Assembly: GCA_013215285.1 (NCBI GenBank)
Contig: JABSRD010000001.1
Coordinates: forward strand, 418,919-482,918
Source: Nitrosopumilus sp.
GTDB taxonomy: Archaea; Thermoproteota; Nitrososphaeria; Nitrososphaerales; Nitrosopumilaceae
Direction of reading: 5' to 3'
DNA: 64,000 nucleotides
Each line of letters opens with the position of its first letter. Position 1 is the stretch's first letter. Under the pieces are notes generated by a model. The model did not search any database, was not told the origin of the DNA, and saw only the letters and a program-made list of their open reading frames with translations. Shown one piece after another: positions 1-9,613 of the stretch. The translations under genes and the position numbers were made by a program.

Positions 1-280
1 TATCAATACCCAAAGATTTACCTAATTCTTGTTTACTTGGAACAAATACAAATGCTGCACCTTGTTCTTCACATAGAATTGGAAGATGTGCAACAACCTC
101 TGGAGGTTCAACATCTTCAGCAATAATAATTAATTTACTAGTACCACGCTCAATTGCCTTGGTTGCTTCGTTAGTTCCTTTCTTGACTTTACCACTGGTA
201 GATGCAACTCTAACAGCTTCTAAGATTGGACTTACGAGGTCTTCTGGCGTTTCAAATTTAACATAATATGGTTTTCCCAT
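1..280 (-). CDS. rpl7ae: 50S ribosomal protein L7Ae (3' end truncated by window edge)
   Basis: Manual translation from ATG at 280: [72 protein letters not shown]..., with the L7Ae signature [14 protein letters not shown] / [15 protein letters not shown]. Confidence 0.97.
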   Translation of the reverse strand, partial: MGKPYYVKFETPEDLVSPILEAVRVASTSGKVKKGTNEATKAIERGTSKLIIIAEDVEPPEVVAHLPILCEEQGAAFVFVPSKQELGKSLGID

Positions 281-285
281 ACTTC

Positions 286-305
286 GTCACCCTAGGGGTT
301 CATTC
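286..305 (-). promoter_or_regulatory. Kink-turn in the rpl7ae 5' UTR overlapping the Shine-Dalgarno sequence (putative L7Ae autoregulatory element)
   Basis: Minus strand G-AAT-GA-A-CCC-CTA-GGG-T-GA-C: 3-nt bulge, tandem sheared G.A pairs, A-T plus CCC/GGG stem. It contains the SD GGTGA, ending 6 nt upstream of the ATG. A TTTTAATA box lies at about 333-340. Confidence 0.7.
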
Positions 306-342
306 TCCATTCTCTAAAACGAATCGTTTGGTATTAAAAGTG

Positions 343-1689
343 TTATCTGGAAATAATTGACTTTACTTTTGTCAGATATTCAGACATCAAAATATCTAAT
401 TTCTCTTGACTTTCAGATTCTGCATAAACTCTTACAATTGGTTCTGTTCCACTAGGTCTTATCATAACCCAATTTTTAAAATCAATTGTAATTTTGATAC
501 CATCAGTTGTGTCAGAACTTGGAAATTCTTCTTTTAATGAAGAGATTAGTTTTGAAACTTTTTCAGCAGAACATGAAACCTTGTCCTTAGTGGTAAAAGA
601 AGAAGGTAATTTTTCAATCTCTTCAGATAAGGTTTCTGAAGTTGCTAAAAGATCAAGCATTAATGCCAAGGTCATACAACCATCCCTTACTTGATTATGT
701 TTTCCATACATGAATCCACCATTTTCCTCAAATCCTATCAAAGCATCAGTTGGAACCATTTTTCTTGAAACCTCAACACTCCCAACTTTTGTACGAATAA
801 CTTTTGAATTAAATTTTTCAGCTATAATTTCAATGTTAGAACCAGAATTCAAACAAGTAATTATCAAAGAGTTTGGATTTTTCTTTAGAATATGCTGAAT
901 TAATACTAGTGCAGATTTATCACCGGTTAGAATAACACCTTTGTTATCACAAAAAATACTTCTATCACCATCTCCATCAAACGCAATTCCTACATCAGCA
1001 TTATTTTCAATAACAGTTCTTGAAAGTTCTGAAAGATTTTGTGGTGTTGGTTCTGATCCACGACCTGGAAAATTTCCATCAATATTTTGATTAATCAAAA
1101 ATGTTTTACATTGCATTGTTTTACAAAAATCAGGTGCAGATACTGCTTGTGCACCATTTCCCAAATCCAAAACAACTTTAAAATTTTTTGATTTTATTAA
1201 TTCAGAATCAACATGTGAAATAATTCCTTTAAGATATGTTTCAATTGTTCGTTCTTCTTTTCCAGTAATTCCCCAAATTTTAGAAATTTTTATCCAATTT
1301 TTTTGTAGATAAATATCTTCAATAATTAATTCATCTTCTCGTGAAATTTCAACTCCATCTTTTGCAGCAGGTTTGATTCCATTATACTGAGGAGGGTTAT
1401 GAGAAGCAGTAATCATGATTCCACCAGAATATCCCAAAGTCTTTACTGCAAATTCAAGACATGGTGTTGGAACAATTCCTGCAACGTTGCAGTCAATTCC
1501 TATTGAATTTAAAGCAGAACTTACAACTTTACAAATTACCGGACTAGAATCTCGTCCGTCAAAACCAATTAACACAGGTCCTTTTTCAAAATAAGTTCCA
1601 ATAGCTAAAGTCATATCATGAACAAATTCTAAAGTAAAATCTTCAGAAAATATTCCACGAATTCCATTGGTTCCAAAAAATTTTGCCAT
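343..1689 (-). CDS. glmM: Phosphoglucosamine mutase / phosphomannomutase
   Basis: FGTNGIRG, ITASHNP (phosphoserine loop), FDGDGDR metal loop, RPSGTEP. Start taken at MAKFF. Confidence 0.9.
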   Translation of the reverse strand: MAKFFGTNGIRGIFSEDFTLEFVHDMTLAIGTYFEKGPVLIGFDGRDSSPVICKVVSSALNSIGIDCNVAGIVPTPCLEFAVKTLGYSGGIMITASHNPPQYNGIKPAAKDGVEISREDELIIEDIYLQKNWIKISKIWGITGKEERTIETYLKGIISHVDSELIKSKNFKVVLDLGNGAQAVSAPDFCKTMQCKTFLINQNIDGNFPGRGSEPTPQNLSELSRTVIENNADVGIAFDGDGDRSIFCDNKGVILTGDKSALVLIQHILKKNPNSLIITCLNSGSNIEIIAEKFNSKVIRTKVGSVEVSRKMVPTDALIGFEENGGFMYGKHNQVRDGCMTLALMLDLLATSETLSEEIEKLPSSFTTKDKVSCSAEKVSKLISSLKEEFPSSDTTDGIKITIDFKNWVMIRPSGTEPIVRVYAESESQEKLDILMSEYLTKVKSIISR

Positions 1690-1736
1690 GATATTGTTCA
1701 ATAATAGATAAATTTGTGTTTAATGGCAAATTCGTT

Positions 1737-1824
1737 GCGGGAGTCGCCCAGCCTGGTCAAAGGCGTAGGGCTTAGGACCCTATCTCTTAGGAGTTCGTGG
1801 GTTCGAATCCCACCTCCCGCACCA
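1737..1824 (+). tRNA. tRNA-Leu(TAG), CCA encoded
   Basis: GCGGGAG acceptor, anticodon arm GTAGGG-CT TAG GA-CCCTAT, long variable arm, GGTTCGAATCC, ends CTCCCGC-A-CCA. Confidence 0.97.
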
Positions 1825-1849
1825 TTTTGATTTCTATGAATGATTAATA

Positions 1850-2719
1850 ATGAGAAAACACTCATCAAACAAAGTTATGAGAAAAATGGTAGTTGGTATT
1901 ACAGTAGTAGGTAAAGACAGAGAAGGAATTGTAGCTGCATTTACTAATTTTGTATTTTCAGAAGGAGGAAATATTGAGAAAGTTAATCAAAATATCATCA
2001 AAGGTCTTTTTGGCATGTATCTAGAAATATCTTTTCTAAAAATACCTAACAAAAAAGAATTAGATTCAAAAATTAGAAAATTAGCTAGAAAAGAAAAGAT
2101 GGATGTTAGTACACACTATGAAACAAATTCAGAAAAAAATATTGCAATATTTGTTTCAAAAGAACCACTTTGTCTACAAGAGATTTTAAAAAATGGAAAA
2201 AAATTGAAAGGAAAAATTTCAGTAATTGTGGGTACAGAAAATACACTAGCACCAATGGCAAAACAAGCAAAAATACCATTTGTAGTAGTTACTGAAAAGA
2301 ATCAAGAAAAAGCTGAAGCAAAAATTATTGGTATTTGTAAAAAATACAATGTTGATTTGATTTCACTTGCAAGATATATGAGAATTCTTAGTCCTAACTT
2401 TGTTTGGAGATATCCAAATAGAATTATTAACATTCATCCATCAGTGTTACCAGCATTTCCAGGAGCATTAGCATATGCACAAGCTTTTGAAAGAGGTACA
2501 AAAATAGTTGGTGTAACTTCTCATTATGTAACAGAAAACTTAGATCAAGGACCAATTATTTTCCAAGATTCATTCAAAGTAGATCCAAACGATACACTAG
2601 AAAAAATAAAAAACAAAGGACAAAGACTAGAAGCGGTTACATTATTCAAAGCAATGAAGATGCATTTAGAAAATAAACTTGATGTTCGTTGGAGAAAGGT
2701 TCACATCAAATCAAAGTGA
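1850..2719 (+). CDS. purU: Formyltetrahydrofolate deformylase
   Basis: N-terminal ACT domain (GKDREGIVAAF), LARYMRILS, INIHPSVLPAFPGA, HYVTENLDQGPII. Confidence 0.92.
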   Translation: MRKHSSNKVMRKMVVGITVVGKDREGIVAAFTNFVFSEGGNIEKVNQNIIKGLFGMYLEISFLKIPNKKELDSKIRKLARKEKMDVSTHYETNSEKNIAIFVSKEPLCLQEILKNGKKLKGKISVIVGTENTLAPMAKQAKIPFVVVTEKNQEKAEAKIIGICKKYNVDLISLARYMRILSPNFVWRYPNRIINIHPSVLPAFPGALAYAQAFERGTKIVGVTSHYVTENLDQGPIIFQDSFKVDPNDTLEKIKNKGQRLEAVTLFKAMKMHLENKLDVRWRKVHIKSK

Positions 2720-2724
2720 ATCAA

Positions 2725-3447
2725 ATGACAGATATCAAGACACAATTTGATCCAAATCTAAGAAAATTAATTAAAAAGAAAAATCAAATAGCAATAATTC
2801 CAGTTGGATCAATTGAACAACATGGTCCACATTTACCGATATCAACAGATTCAGATATTGTAACAGTCATTGCAAAGAAAATATCTGAAATGAATAGATA
2901 TATTTTACTTCCAACAATTACTTTTGGAGTTTCATTTGAACATGCACCATTTTTTAATTTGAGTATTAAAGAATCAACTTTACGTAAAATTCTAAATGAT
3001 TTGTGTTTATCACTTTTAGAAAATAACATCAAGACAATTTTTATTATTAACGGACATCATGGAAATTTAAAATCAATCAAAAATATAGATGTAAAACTTA
3101 AAAAAATTTCAAAAAATAAACTCAAAGTGTATCCACTATCTTATTGGCATTTTATGGAAAGAGAGTTTGATCATGCAGGATTTGTTGAAACATCACTAAT
3201 GTTAGCAATTTCAAAAAATGTCAAAATGAAATTTGCTAAAAAGGGGTTAATCACAGATGGAATGACAAAGCAAGAAATCAAAAAACTGGGAAAATTAGCT
3301 AATCAATCATTTCCCAAAGCCACTAAAAATGGAATTTGGGGGGATCCTACACAGGCCACAAAGAAAGATGGGCAGGTAATTTTAGATGAAATCGTTAAAA
3401 ATCTGGGAAAAAAGTGTCAAACTTGCCTCACAGAAAATAGATTATAG
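2725..3447 (+). CDS. Creatininase-family amidohydrolase (possibly ArfB-type FAPy deformylase)
   Basis: PVGSIEQHGPHLP..TD, GVSFEH, NGHHGN, DHAGFVETS motifs. Start taken at MTDIK (2725). Confidence 0.85.
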   Translation: MTDIKTQFDPNLRKLIKKKNQIAIIPVGSIEQHGPHLPISTDSDIVTVIAKKISEMNRYILLPTITFGVSFEHAPFFNLSIKESTLRKILNDLCLSLLENNIKTIFIINGHHGNLKSIKNIDVKLKKISKNKLKVYPLSYWHFMEREFDHAGFVETSLMLAISKNVKMKFAKKGLITDGMTKQEIKKLGKLANQSFPKATKNGIWGDPTQATKKDGQVILDEIVKNLGKKCQTCLTENRL

Positions 3448-3503
3448 TTACACAATGAAATTTTAATATAATCCCTCAACATCAAAGTCAATGAGTGATA
3501 TGA

Positions 3504-3740
3504 ATGTCCGTTGATATGGCAGTAAAAGTATTGGATGAGAGTATCAATCAAGTTGTATTGATAAAACTCAAAGGTAACAAAACCATTAGAGGTAATTTAC
3601 TAGGTTTTGACCAACACATGAATCTGCTACTCGAATCTTCAGAGGAAATTCCCGCTGAAGGCGATTCAAAGAGTCTTGGAAGCATCGTAGTGAGAGGAGA
3701 TAATGTAGTTATGATATCCCCTCCCCCACCACAAAAATAG
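3504..3740 (+). CDS. lsm: Sm-like archaeal protein (LSm/SmAP)
   Basis: Sm1 motif [14 protein letters not shown], Sm2 motif [13 protein letters not shown]. Lies upstream of rpl37e. Confidence 0.95.
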   Translation: MSVDMAVKVLDESINQVVLIKLKGNKTIRGNLLGFDQHMNLLLESSEEIPAEGDSKSLGSIVVRGDNVVMISPPPPQK

Positions 3741-3750
3741 GTGATTTGAG

Positions 3751-3918
3751 ATGGTAAAAGGCACAACTTCTATGGGTGGTTTTACAAAGAAGAAAGTTCA
3801 CATTAGATGTAGACGATGTGGTAAAAACTCACTTCACAAACGTCACCACCAATGTGCAAGCTGTGGATTTCCAGAGGCTAAACGCAGAAAGTATTCCTGG
3901 ATTAAATGGTATACATAG
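3751..3918 (+). CDS. rpl37e: 50S ribosomal protein L37e
   Basis: Below the ORF-track cutoff. [41 protein letters not shown], with two CxxC motifs. Confidence 0.96.
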
Positions 3919-4899
3919 ATGCAAGAAATTGTTTTAATTCTTAGTTCATTAGCTGGTGTAGCTGCAGCTGCTGCAGTTAGAAAAATGCCAAGAGACAAAA
4001 ATCAATTACTTAGTCTTGGTGCTAGTTCACATATTAAAAGTCAAATTAGTACATTAAAAATTGAAAAAGATATTCTTACTAAAACAATTTCAAGATTATA
4101 TCAAACAGAATCTGAATTTTCTAAAATTCAAAAAGATAAACTATTACTAAAATATCAACATCAACTAGGAATTGTTTTAGCTAAACTAGAAAAACTAGAA
4201 CAAGCAAGTAAACATCCAGATTTGGGTCCAGTAGGAGATGGTTTGATTGCTTTAATGGATCAAAAATTATCAAAGTTGGATGATAGATTGTATGAATTAT
4301 CATCAAAGATATCAAATGTTAAAATTAAAACGCCAGAAATTAAAGAAACCGAAGTAAAGAAACAAGAAACAAAACAAAATACTTCAAAATCATTCACAGA
4401 TATATTCAACTTTGAAAAAAGAAAAGAAGCAAAGATTGAACCAATTATAGTTCCTCCAACTAAATCAAGACAATCATTTGAATTAACTACATTAACTAAC
4501 ATTTCAAAAACAGAACCAAAATTCCAACTATTTGAAAAAGAGGAATTAAAAAAGGAAATGATAAAACCTATGCCACAACCAAAAATAATTCAAACTGAAT
4601 TAATCAAACCAAAAGAAGAAATTATCAAAGAAATTGTTCAACCAAAACCAAAAGTTGAAGATAAAATGGAAATTATTCACTCAGTAATCCCAAAACCTGA
4701 ACCAGCAATAGAGATTAGACCTGATATTAACAAAGAAGTTGCAAAAATTACAGAACACAAGGCATTACCAGAGCCTGAACAAAAAACAAAATCAATAACA
4801 CTAGATGATGATTTTGATGATGATGTAGATGATTTGGATAAAATCAAAGGTGATATTATGAAAGTTTTATCAAAGCTTGATCAAGCAGAGGTAGAGTAA
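3919..4899 (+). CDS. Hypothetical membrane-anchored coiled-coil protein with acidic C-terminus
   Basis: 326-aa ORF abutting rpl37e and rpiA. N-terminal hydrophobic segment, coiled-coil, Pro/Lys/Glu-rich linker, DDDFDDDVDDLDKIK tail. Confidence 0.8.
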   Translation: MQEIVLILSSLAGVAAAAAVRKMPRDKNQLLSLGASSHIKSQISTLKIEKDILTKTISRLYQTESEFSKIQKDKLLLKYQHQLGIVLAKLEKLEQASKHPDLGPVGDGLIALMDQKLSKLDDRLYELSSKISNVKIKTPEIKETEVKKQETKQNTSKSFTDIFNFEKRKEAKIEPIIVPPTKSRQSFELTTLTNISKTEPKFQLFEKEELKKEMIKPMPQPKIIQTELIKPKEEIIKEIVQPKPKVEDKMEIIHSVIPKPEPAIEIRPDINKEVAKITEHKALPEPEQKTKSITLDDDFDDDVDDLDKIKGDIMKVLSKLDQAEVE

Positions 4900-5574
4900 T
4901 TGTCTTACGATGATGCCATCTCGGCATTATCAAGTAATGCATTAAAATTTGTTAAAGATGATTATATAATTGGATTAGGGAGTGGACGAGCAGCTACTAC
5001 ACTAGTAAAATCACTTGGAAAATTAATCAAAGTAAAAAAATACAACATTAAAGGAATTCCAACATCACTACAGATAAAATTAATTGCAGAAAAAGCAGGT
5101 ATACCGTTAGTAGAGACTGATCAAGTAGATTACATTGATGTTGTATTTGATGGTGCAGATCAAATTGATTCTCAAAAATTTGTGATAAAAGGTGGAGGTG
5201 GAGCTCTACTACGAGAAAATATTTTGTTTAGTCTTGCAAAAAAAATTGTAATTATGGCAGATAAAACAAAATTTGTAAAAAATTTCACAAGAACAGTTCC
5301 AATAGAAATTCACCCATTGGCTAGAAATTCAGTAATAAAATCTATCAAAAAATTAGGAGGTATAGCACAATTACGTTCACTTGATAGAGGTTATCCATTC
5401 TTTACAGAAAATGGTAATATTATTTTAGATTGTGATTTTGGAACAATAAAAAATCCAAAAGTACTTAGTCAAAAAATTAAACAAACAACAGGAGTTTTAG
5501 AATCTGGAATTTTTCTTAGAAAACCTGATGTGATTTACAGAGCTAAGACTGGCGGTAAATTTGATATTCTCTAA
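4900..5574 (+). CDS. rpiA: Ribose-5-phosphate isomerase A
   Basis: IGLGSGRAA, DGADQID, IKGGGGALLRE, TENGNIILD. Confidence 0.95.
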   Translation: MSYDDAISALSSNALKFVKDDYIIGLGSGRAATTLVKSLGKLIKVKKYNIKGIPTSLQIKLIAEKAGIPLVETDQVDYIDVVFDGADQIDSQKFVIKGGGGALLRENILFSLAKKIVIMADKTKFVKNFTRTVPIEIHPLARNSVIKSIKKLGGIAQLRSLDRGYPFFTENGNIILDCDFGTIKNPKVLSQKIKQTTGVLESGIFLRKPDVIYRAKTGGKFDIL

Positions 5575-5585
5575 AATTCATCAAT

Positions 5586-6245
5586 TCAATTTTTCTTTCC
5601 AAATTTTCCCAATAAGGGAACAAAAACATAGTTTGATTCATTTTTAATTTCAATAATTCCTTTTGAGGTCTTTTTTAGTAAAACTAATGATTGAGATGTG
5701 TCACCTACAGGTGCAAGTAGGAGTCCATCATAAGCTAATTGATCAAGTAAAGGTAAAGGAATCTCCATACATGCTGCAGTAATAATTATTCTATCATAAG
5801 GTGATGCTTTAGGATATCCCACACTACCATCGCCTAAAATGACATTAACATTATCTAAACAAAATTTCTCTAAATTTTTTCTTGCAAATTTTTCTAATTT
5901 CGGATGAATTTCAATAGAATGTACAATTCCAGTTCCTACTAAACAAGAAAGAATTGCAGTCTGCCAACCAGAACCAGTACCAATTTCAAGAATATTTTGT
6001 CCATCCTTAACATCTAGCCATTCACTCATTCTTGATACAACACCAGGTTGAGAGATGGTTTGATTTTTCATAATTGGGAGAGGTTCATTGTAATACGCTC
6101 TATCTAATTCAGATGATAGAATAAATTCATGTCTTGGAAAATTTCTAAACGCAGATTCTACATTATTATCAGTTAAATATTTCATATTTTTTAAAAAATT
6201 AATTAGATCATCGAGTAAGGACTGATATTTTTTCTCAATTTGCAT
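5586..6245 (-). CDS. pcm: Protein-L-isoaspartate O-methyltransferase
   Basis: QTISQP, ILEIGTGSGWQTA, PYDRIIITAA, FVPLLG. Confidence 0.93.
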   Translation of the reverse strand: MQIEKKYQSLLDDLINFLKNMKYLTDNNVESAFRNFPRHEFILSSELDRAYYNEPLPIMKNQTISQPGVVSRMSEWLDVKDGQNILEIGTGSGWQTAILSCLVGTGIVHSIEIHPKLEKFARKNLEKFCLDNVNVILGDGSVGYPKASPYDRIIITAACMEIPLPLLDQLAYDGLLLAPVGDTSQSLVLLKKTSKGIIEIKNESNYVFVPLLGKFGKKN

Positions 6246-6330
6246 TTTTGATCAATATAATTTGTATTTTTTACCATTAAAACAGTTCAGATATTTTCTA
6301 AAATAATTTCACATATTTTAAAAAATAATA

Positions 6331-7221
6331 CTATTTTGAAGAATTGTTATGTCGTATTGTATTCATAAAATCAAAATGTTCTAACATTAAATCAATCATT
6401 TGTTGACGGAGAATTACATCATCCATTATTGCATTAAGCATAGGCTCCATCATATGCTCAGACATTTGTGCCATATGAGAAGGGTTTTTCATCATCATCA
6501 TATGCATGTCTTGAATCATTTCAGGATTTATCCACATATGATGAATTACATCCATCATTCTATCAGGATTTGTAAATTCTCCAGAATGTACGTGATTAGA
6601 ATTCATTTGATAGTCAGGACACCAAACACATTCAGAATTATGCATTCCCTGCCCCATGCCAGAATCAGTCATCATGTGATGAACTGAATCCATCCAGATA
6701 GCATTCTGTTTTAGGGAATTTTCCATTTGAGGGTGATTTTTCATTGTTTCAATCATTTTTTCACGTAATTTAGGATCACTAGTCATTGGGGCCAACATGT
6801 TTTTCAATAATTCAGGATTATCTTTATTTTGAGAAACTAAATCACCAAGTGTTTGAATCATCATTGATGGATTTTTTTGTAACATCTCATGCCAATGATA
6901 CATTAGTTGGTCATTTGATGCCATATTTTCCATTAATTGATTCATCATTTCAGGACGTTTACTCATTATTGATGAATCATATTCACCATACCCTCTATCA
7001 ATTAATTTCAAAAAAGTAGACGGGGTGACACATGAAGGATTTCCATTATTTTTTTGTAATAATAAATGCCCCTCATTACATATTATAGTATCAAGATCTG
7101 TAAATTGTTTCCATTGATAGTGTGGAGATGTTTTTTGTTGTGCAAAAGAGTTTTCAAAAAATACAGGATTAACAGAAAAACTAAGAATGATTACAAGAAA
7201 GAAAATAAATTTAAAATACAC
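6331..7221 (-). CDS. Secreted Met/His-rich hypothetical protein
   Basis: Signal-peptide-like N-terminus, C..G.LL.K.NGNPSCV..ST..KL..RG module, then many Met/His clusters. Confidence 0.8.
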   Translation of the reverse strand: MYFKFIFFLVIILSFSVNPVFFENSFAQQKTSPHYQWKQFTDLDTIICNEGHLLLQKNNGNPSCVTPSTFLKLIDRGYGEYDSSIMSKRPEMMNQLMENMASNDQLMYHWHEMLQKNPSMMIQTLGDLVSQNKDNPELLKNMLAPMTSDPKLREKMIETMKNHPQMENSLKQNAIWMDSVHHMMTDSGMGQGMHNSECVWCPDYQMNSNHVHSGEFTNPDRMMDVIHHMWINPEMIQDMHMMMMKNPSHMAQMSEHMMEPMLNAIMDDVILRQQMIDLMLEHFDFMNTIRHNNSSK

Positions 7222-7308
7222 TAATAATAATTTGAATTTTAATCATAAAAAGTAATCGTAAAAAATTAAATATTAACACGTAAAAATTCCGAGGAATTAT
7301 TTTGAAAT

Positions 7309-8700
7309 TCAATTAATTTTTCGTTCAACTAGTTTTCCATGACCAAGTTTACCAATCACTTCAAAATCATCAGTAATTATTTCTCCTCTAACAATTGTTT
7401 TAACAGGCCACCCCTTTAGATTTCGACCCTCATACACAATATAATCAGAAAATCCTCCAAACAAATCAGATGTCACTTTCTTTTCTTTTTTCAAATCAAT
7501 CATAGTAATATCTGCATCAGAGTTTTTCTCAAGTGACCCCTTTTGGGGATACATTCCAAAAATTTGAGCAGCATTTTGACTAGTAATTTTCACAAACTGT
7601 TCTAGTGTTATTCTATTTTGATTTACACCATCATTGAGTAATATTGGAATTCCAGTCCCAATTCCAGGAAAACCTGCAAGTGCACTCCAGACATTATCAC
7701 CATCTAACTTGAGTTTTAGCTTATTTGCAACATGATCTGTTCCTATAGTATCAATTTTATTTTGAGAAAGAGCATCCCAAATTGCTTTACGATCATTTTC
7801 AGTTCTAATTGGTGGCATAACTTTAGCAAGATATCCTTCTTGTTTTTCATAAGATAATGTAAGATAGTGAGGACAAGTTTCAACAAAAATTTTTGTTCCA
7901 AGTTTTTCTTCTTCTTCAATTTGTTCTAGTGCTCGCTTTGAACCAATATGAACAAAGTAAATCACACAACTATAATCTCGTCCAAACTTGGAGATAGTCT
8001 TTATTGCTTTTGCTTCAAATTCAGGGGAACGACTTTCAGACCAAGCATGCAGTCCATCTTGTTTTTTTTCTTTTGCAGTTTTAATTCCACATCCACATGA
8101 TTCATAGTCTTCTGCATGAACAAGTACAGGACAACCAAGAGATGCTGCAGTCTTTACGATTTGTTCAACTATTTCATCAGTAACATCTACTTGTGCTGCA
8201 TCAATCTTGGAAGAATTTGGGGGCATGTCCATGTAAACATGTCCAATTTCACCACCAAGATTCATGTAAATTTTAAAAGATGTAATTCCTTTTTCAATAC
8301 AAAAATTCATTTCGTTGATTTGCTGTGGAGTGAAAATAGAAGCATGTATTGCATAATCAATATAATGATTTTGAGATGATGCATCAAGCTGAGCTTGTAA
8401 TGAGCTAGAAAATGAATTTCCCAATCTAAGCATTCTCATCATAGTTGTGATTCCACCAATAGCTGCAGCGTGAGATTCAGTTTTTGCTGCTTCGTTTATT
8501 GGAGAATACACACCATAATGAACATGTGTATCAATTGCACCAGGAACAGAAATCAAACCATTCCCATTTATTTTATGATCACATGAAGGAATATCATTTG
8601 TAAATCCAACAATTTTTCCCTCATCAATTATGATGTTTTTATCCATCATTCCTTGAGGAAGTATAATGTGTGAATTAGTAATCACAGTGTCATACGTCAT
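7309..8700 (-). CDS. Cyclic amidohydrolase (dihydroorotase/hydantoinase/allantoinase family)
   Basis: PGAIDTHVH, ITSFKIYM (carboxy-Lys region), VHAED, ETCPHYL, IGTDH. Confidence 0.88.
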   Translation of the reverse strand: MTYDTVITNSHIILPQGMMDKNIIIDEGKIVGFTNDIPSCDHKINGNGLISVPGAIDTHVHYGVYSPINEAAKTESHAAAIGGITTMMRMLRLGNSFSSSLQAQLDASSQNHYIDYAIHASIFTPQQINEMNFCIEKGITSFKIYMNLGGEIGHVYMDMPPNSSKIDAAQVDVTDEIVEQIVKTAASLGCPVLVHAEDYESCGCGIKTAKEKKQDGLHAWSESRSPEFEAKAIKTISKFGRDYSCVIYFVHIGSKRALEQIEEEEKLGTKIFVETCPHYLTLSYEKQEGYLAKVMPPIRTENDRKAIWDALSQNKIDTIGTDHVANKLKLKLDGDNVWSALAGFPGIGTGIPILLNDGVNQNRITLEQFVKITSQNAAQIFGMYPQKGSLEKNSDADITMIDLKKEKKVTSDLFGGFSDYIVYEGRNLKGWPVKTIVRGEIITDDFEVIGKLGHGKLVERKIN

Positions 8701-8794
8701 CTAAAAATTTTATCTTTTACAGTCTATTATGCGTTAAGATACATGAATATCTTCAAATATATTGATTCAAAGATTATCTACAAGAGTTATAGAT

Positions 8795-9058
8795 ATGAAA
8801 GAAGACGTATGTGATTTTTGTAAAGGAATTGGTTCAGATTCTTCAAATATTTGCGTGTATTGTAATGGGACAGGGGAATGGAATAATGCTGCACAAGCAT
8901 ATGTAAAAAATCATATTTGTCAATGTATAGTATTAGATAGAAAATTTTGTCCAGTATGTAACAAACCATGTCATCATGATACAACATTAAATCCAAAACA
9001 AAAAATTGATCCAGGTTTTGGCGGTATGTCACAACCAGACATTACAGTTAGTGTGTGA
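8795..9058 (+). CDS. Small Cys-rich protein with DnaJ-type CxxCxGxG zinc knuckles
   Basis: CDFCKGIG and CVYCNGTG, then HICQC...CPVCNKPCHH. Start taken at MKEDV. Confidence 0.75.
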   Translation: MKEDVCDFCKGIGSDSSNICVYCNGTGEWNNAAQAYVKNHICQCIVLDRKFCPVCNKPCHHDTTLNPKQKIDPGFGGMSQPDITVSV

Positions 9059-9328
9059 TTCATAAAAATTTTAATTATTTTAAAATTCAAGAATTATTAT
9101 GAAAATAACAATAAAAGAAGGATAATGAAAAAAGTAAGATAGCAGTAATAGCAAGTGTAATAGCAGTTGTTGCGGTAATTATTCTAGATTAATCCAATTA
9201 AACATTCAAATTAATTCATCTGAGAATATATTCTAATTAAAAAATAAAAATATGCTTAACTAAGTTGTTGATTTTAACTAATTTTCTTGAGAAAATGAAT
9301 AAAAGAAGAACACTAAGAGATTATTCAA

Positions 9329-9400
9329 GGGCCGGTGGTTTAGGGGTATAATGCCTCGTTCGCAACGAGGATGTCGAGGGTTCGATTCCCTCCCGGTCCA
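9329..9400 (+). tRNA. tRNA-Ala(CGC)
   Basis: GGGCCGG/CCGGTCC acceptor with G3:U70, anticodon arm CCTCG-TT CGC AA-CGAGG, GGTTCGATTCC. Confidence 0.96.
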
Positions 9401-9429
9401 CCTTTATTTTTGATTAAATTTACTAAAAA

Positions 9430-9501
9430 TTACCATTCATCATCATCGTCGTCATCAGTAACATCTCTTCGTGATGGTCTGATTGGAACGAAAATTTTCA
9501 T
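9430..9501 (-). CDS. Putative 23-aa acidic micro-peptide MKIFVPIRPSRRDVTDDDDDDEW
   Basis: ATG to TAA open frame. The Asp run uses mixed GAT/GAC codons, consistent with a coding sequence. Confidence 0.4.
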   Translation of the reverse strand: MKIFVPIRPSRRDVTDDDDDDEW

Positions 9502-9613
9502 ATTGATTTTAGAGTATAGACGTACTTAGAATTGTGTTTGTGCGATTTGAAAAACTAGGCAGGTATTGAGATGGCTGGAAACTATTATACATTAATGAAA
9601 AATACTTAATGGC

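Noticed and set aside
6400-6687. His-rich plus-strand ORF
   Set aside because: Antisense shadow of the Met-rich gene, where ATG codons read as CAT
9125-9192. Possible signal-anchor remnant (MKK..KIAVIASVIAVVAVIIL) needing a frameshift in an A-run
   Set aside because: Too short, no intact frame, and AT-rich DNA readily gives such strings. At best a decayed fragment
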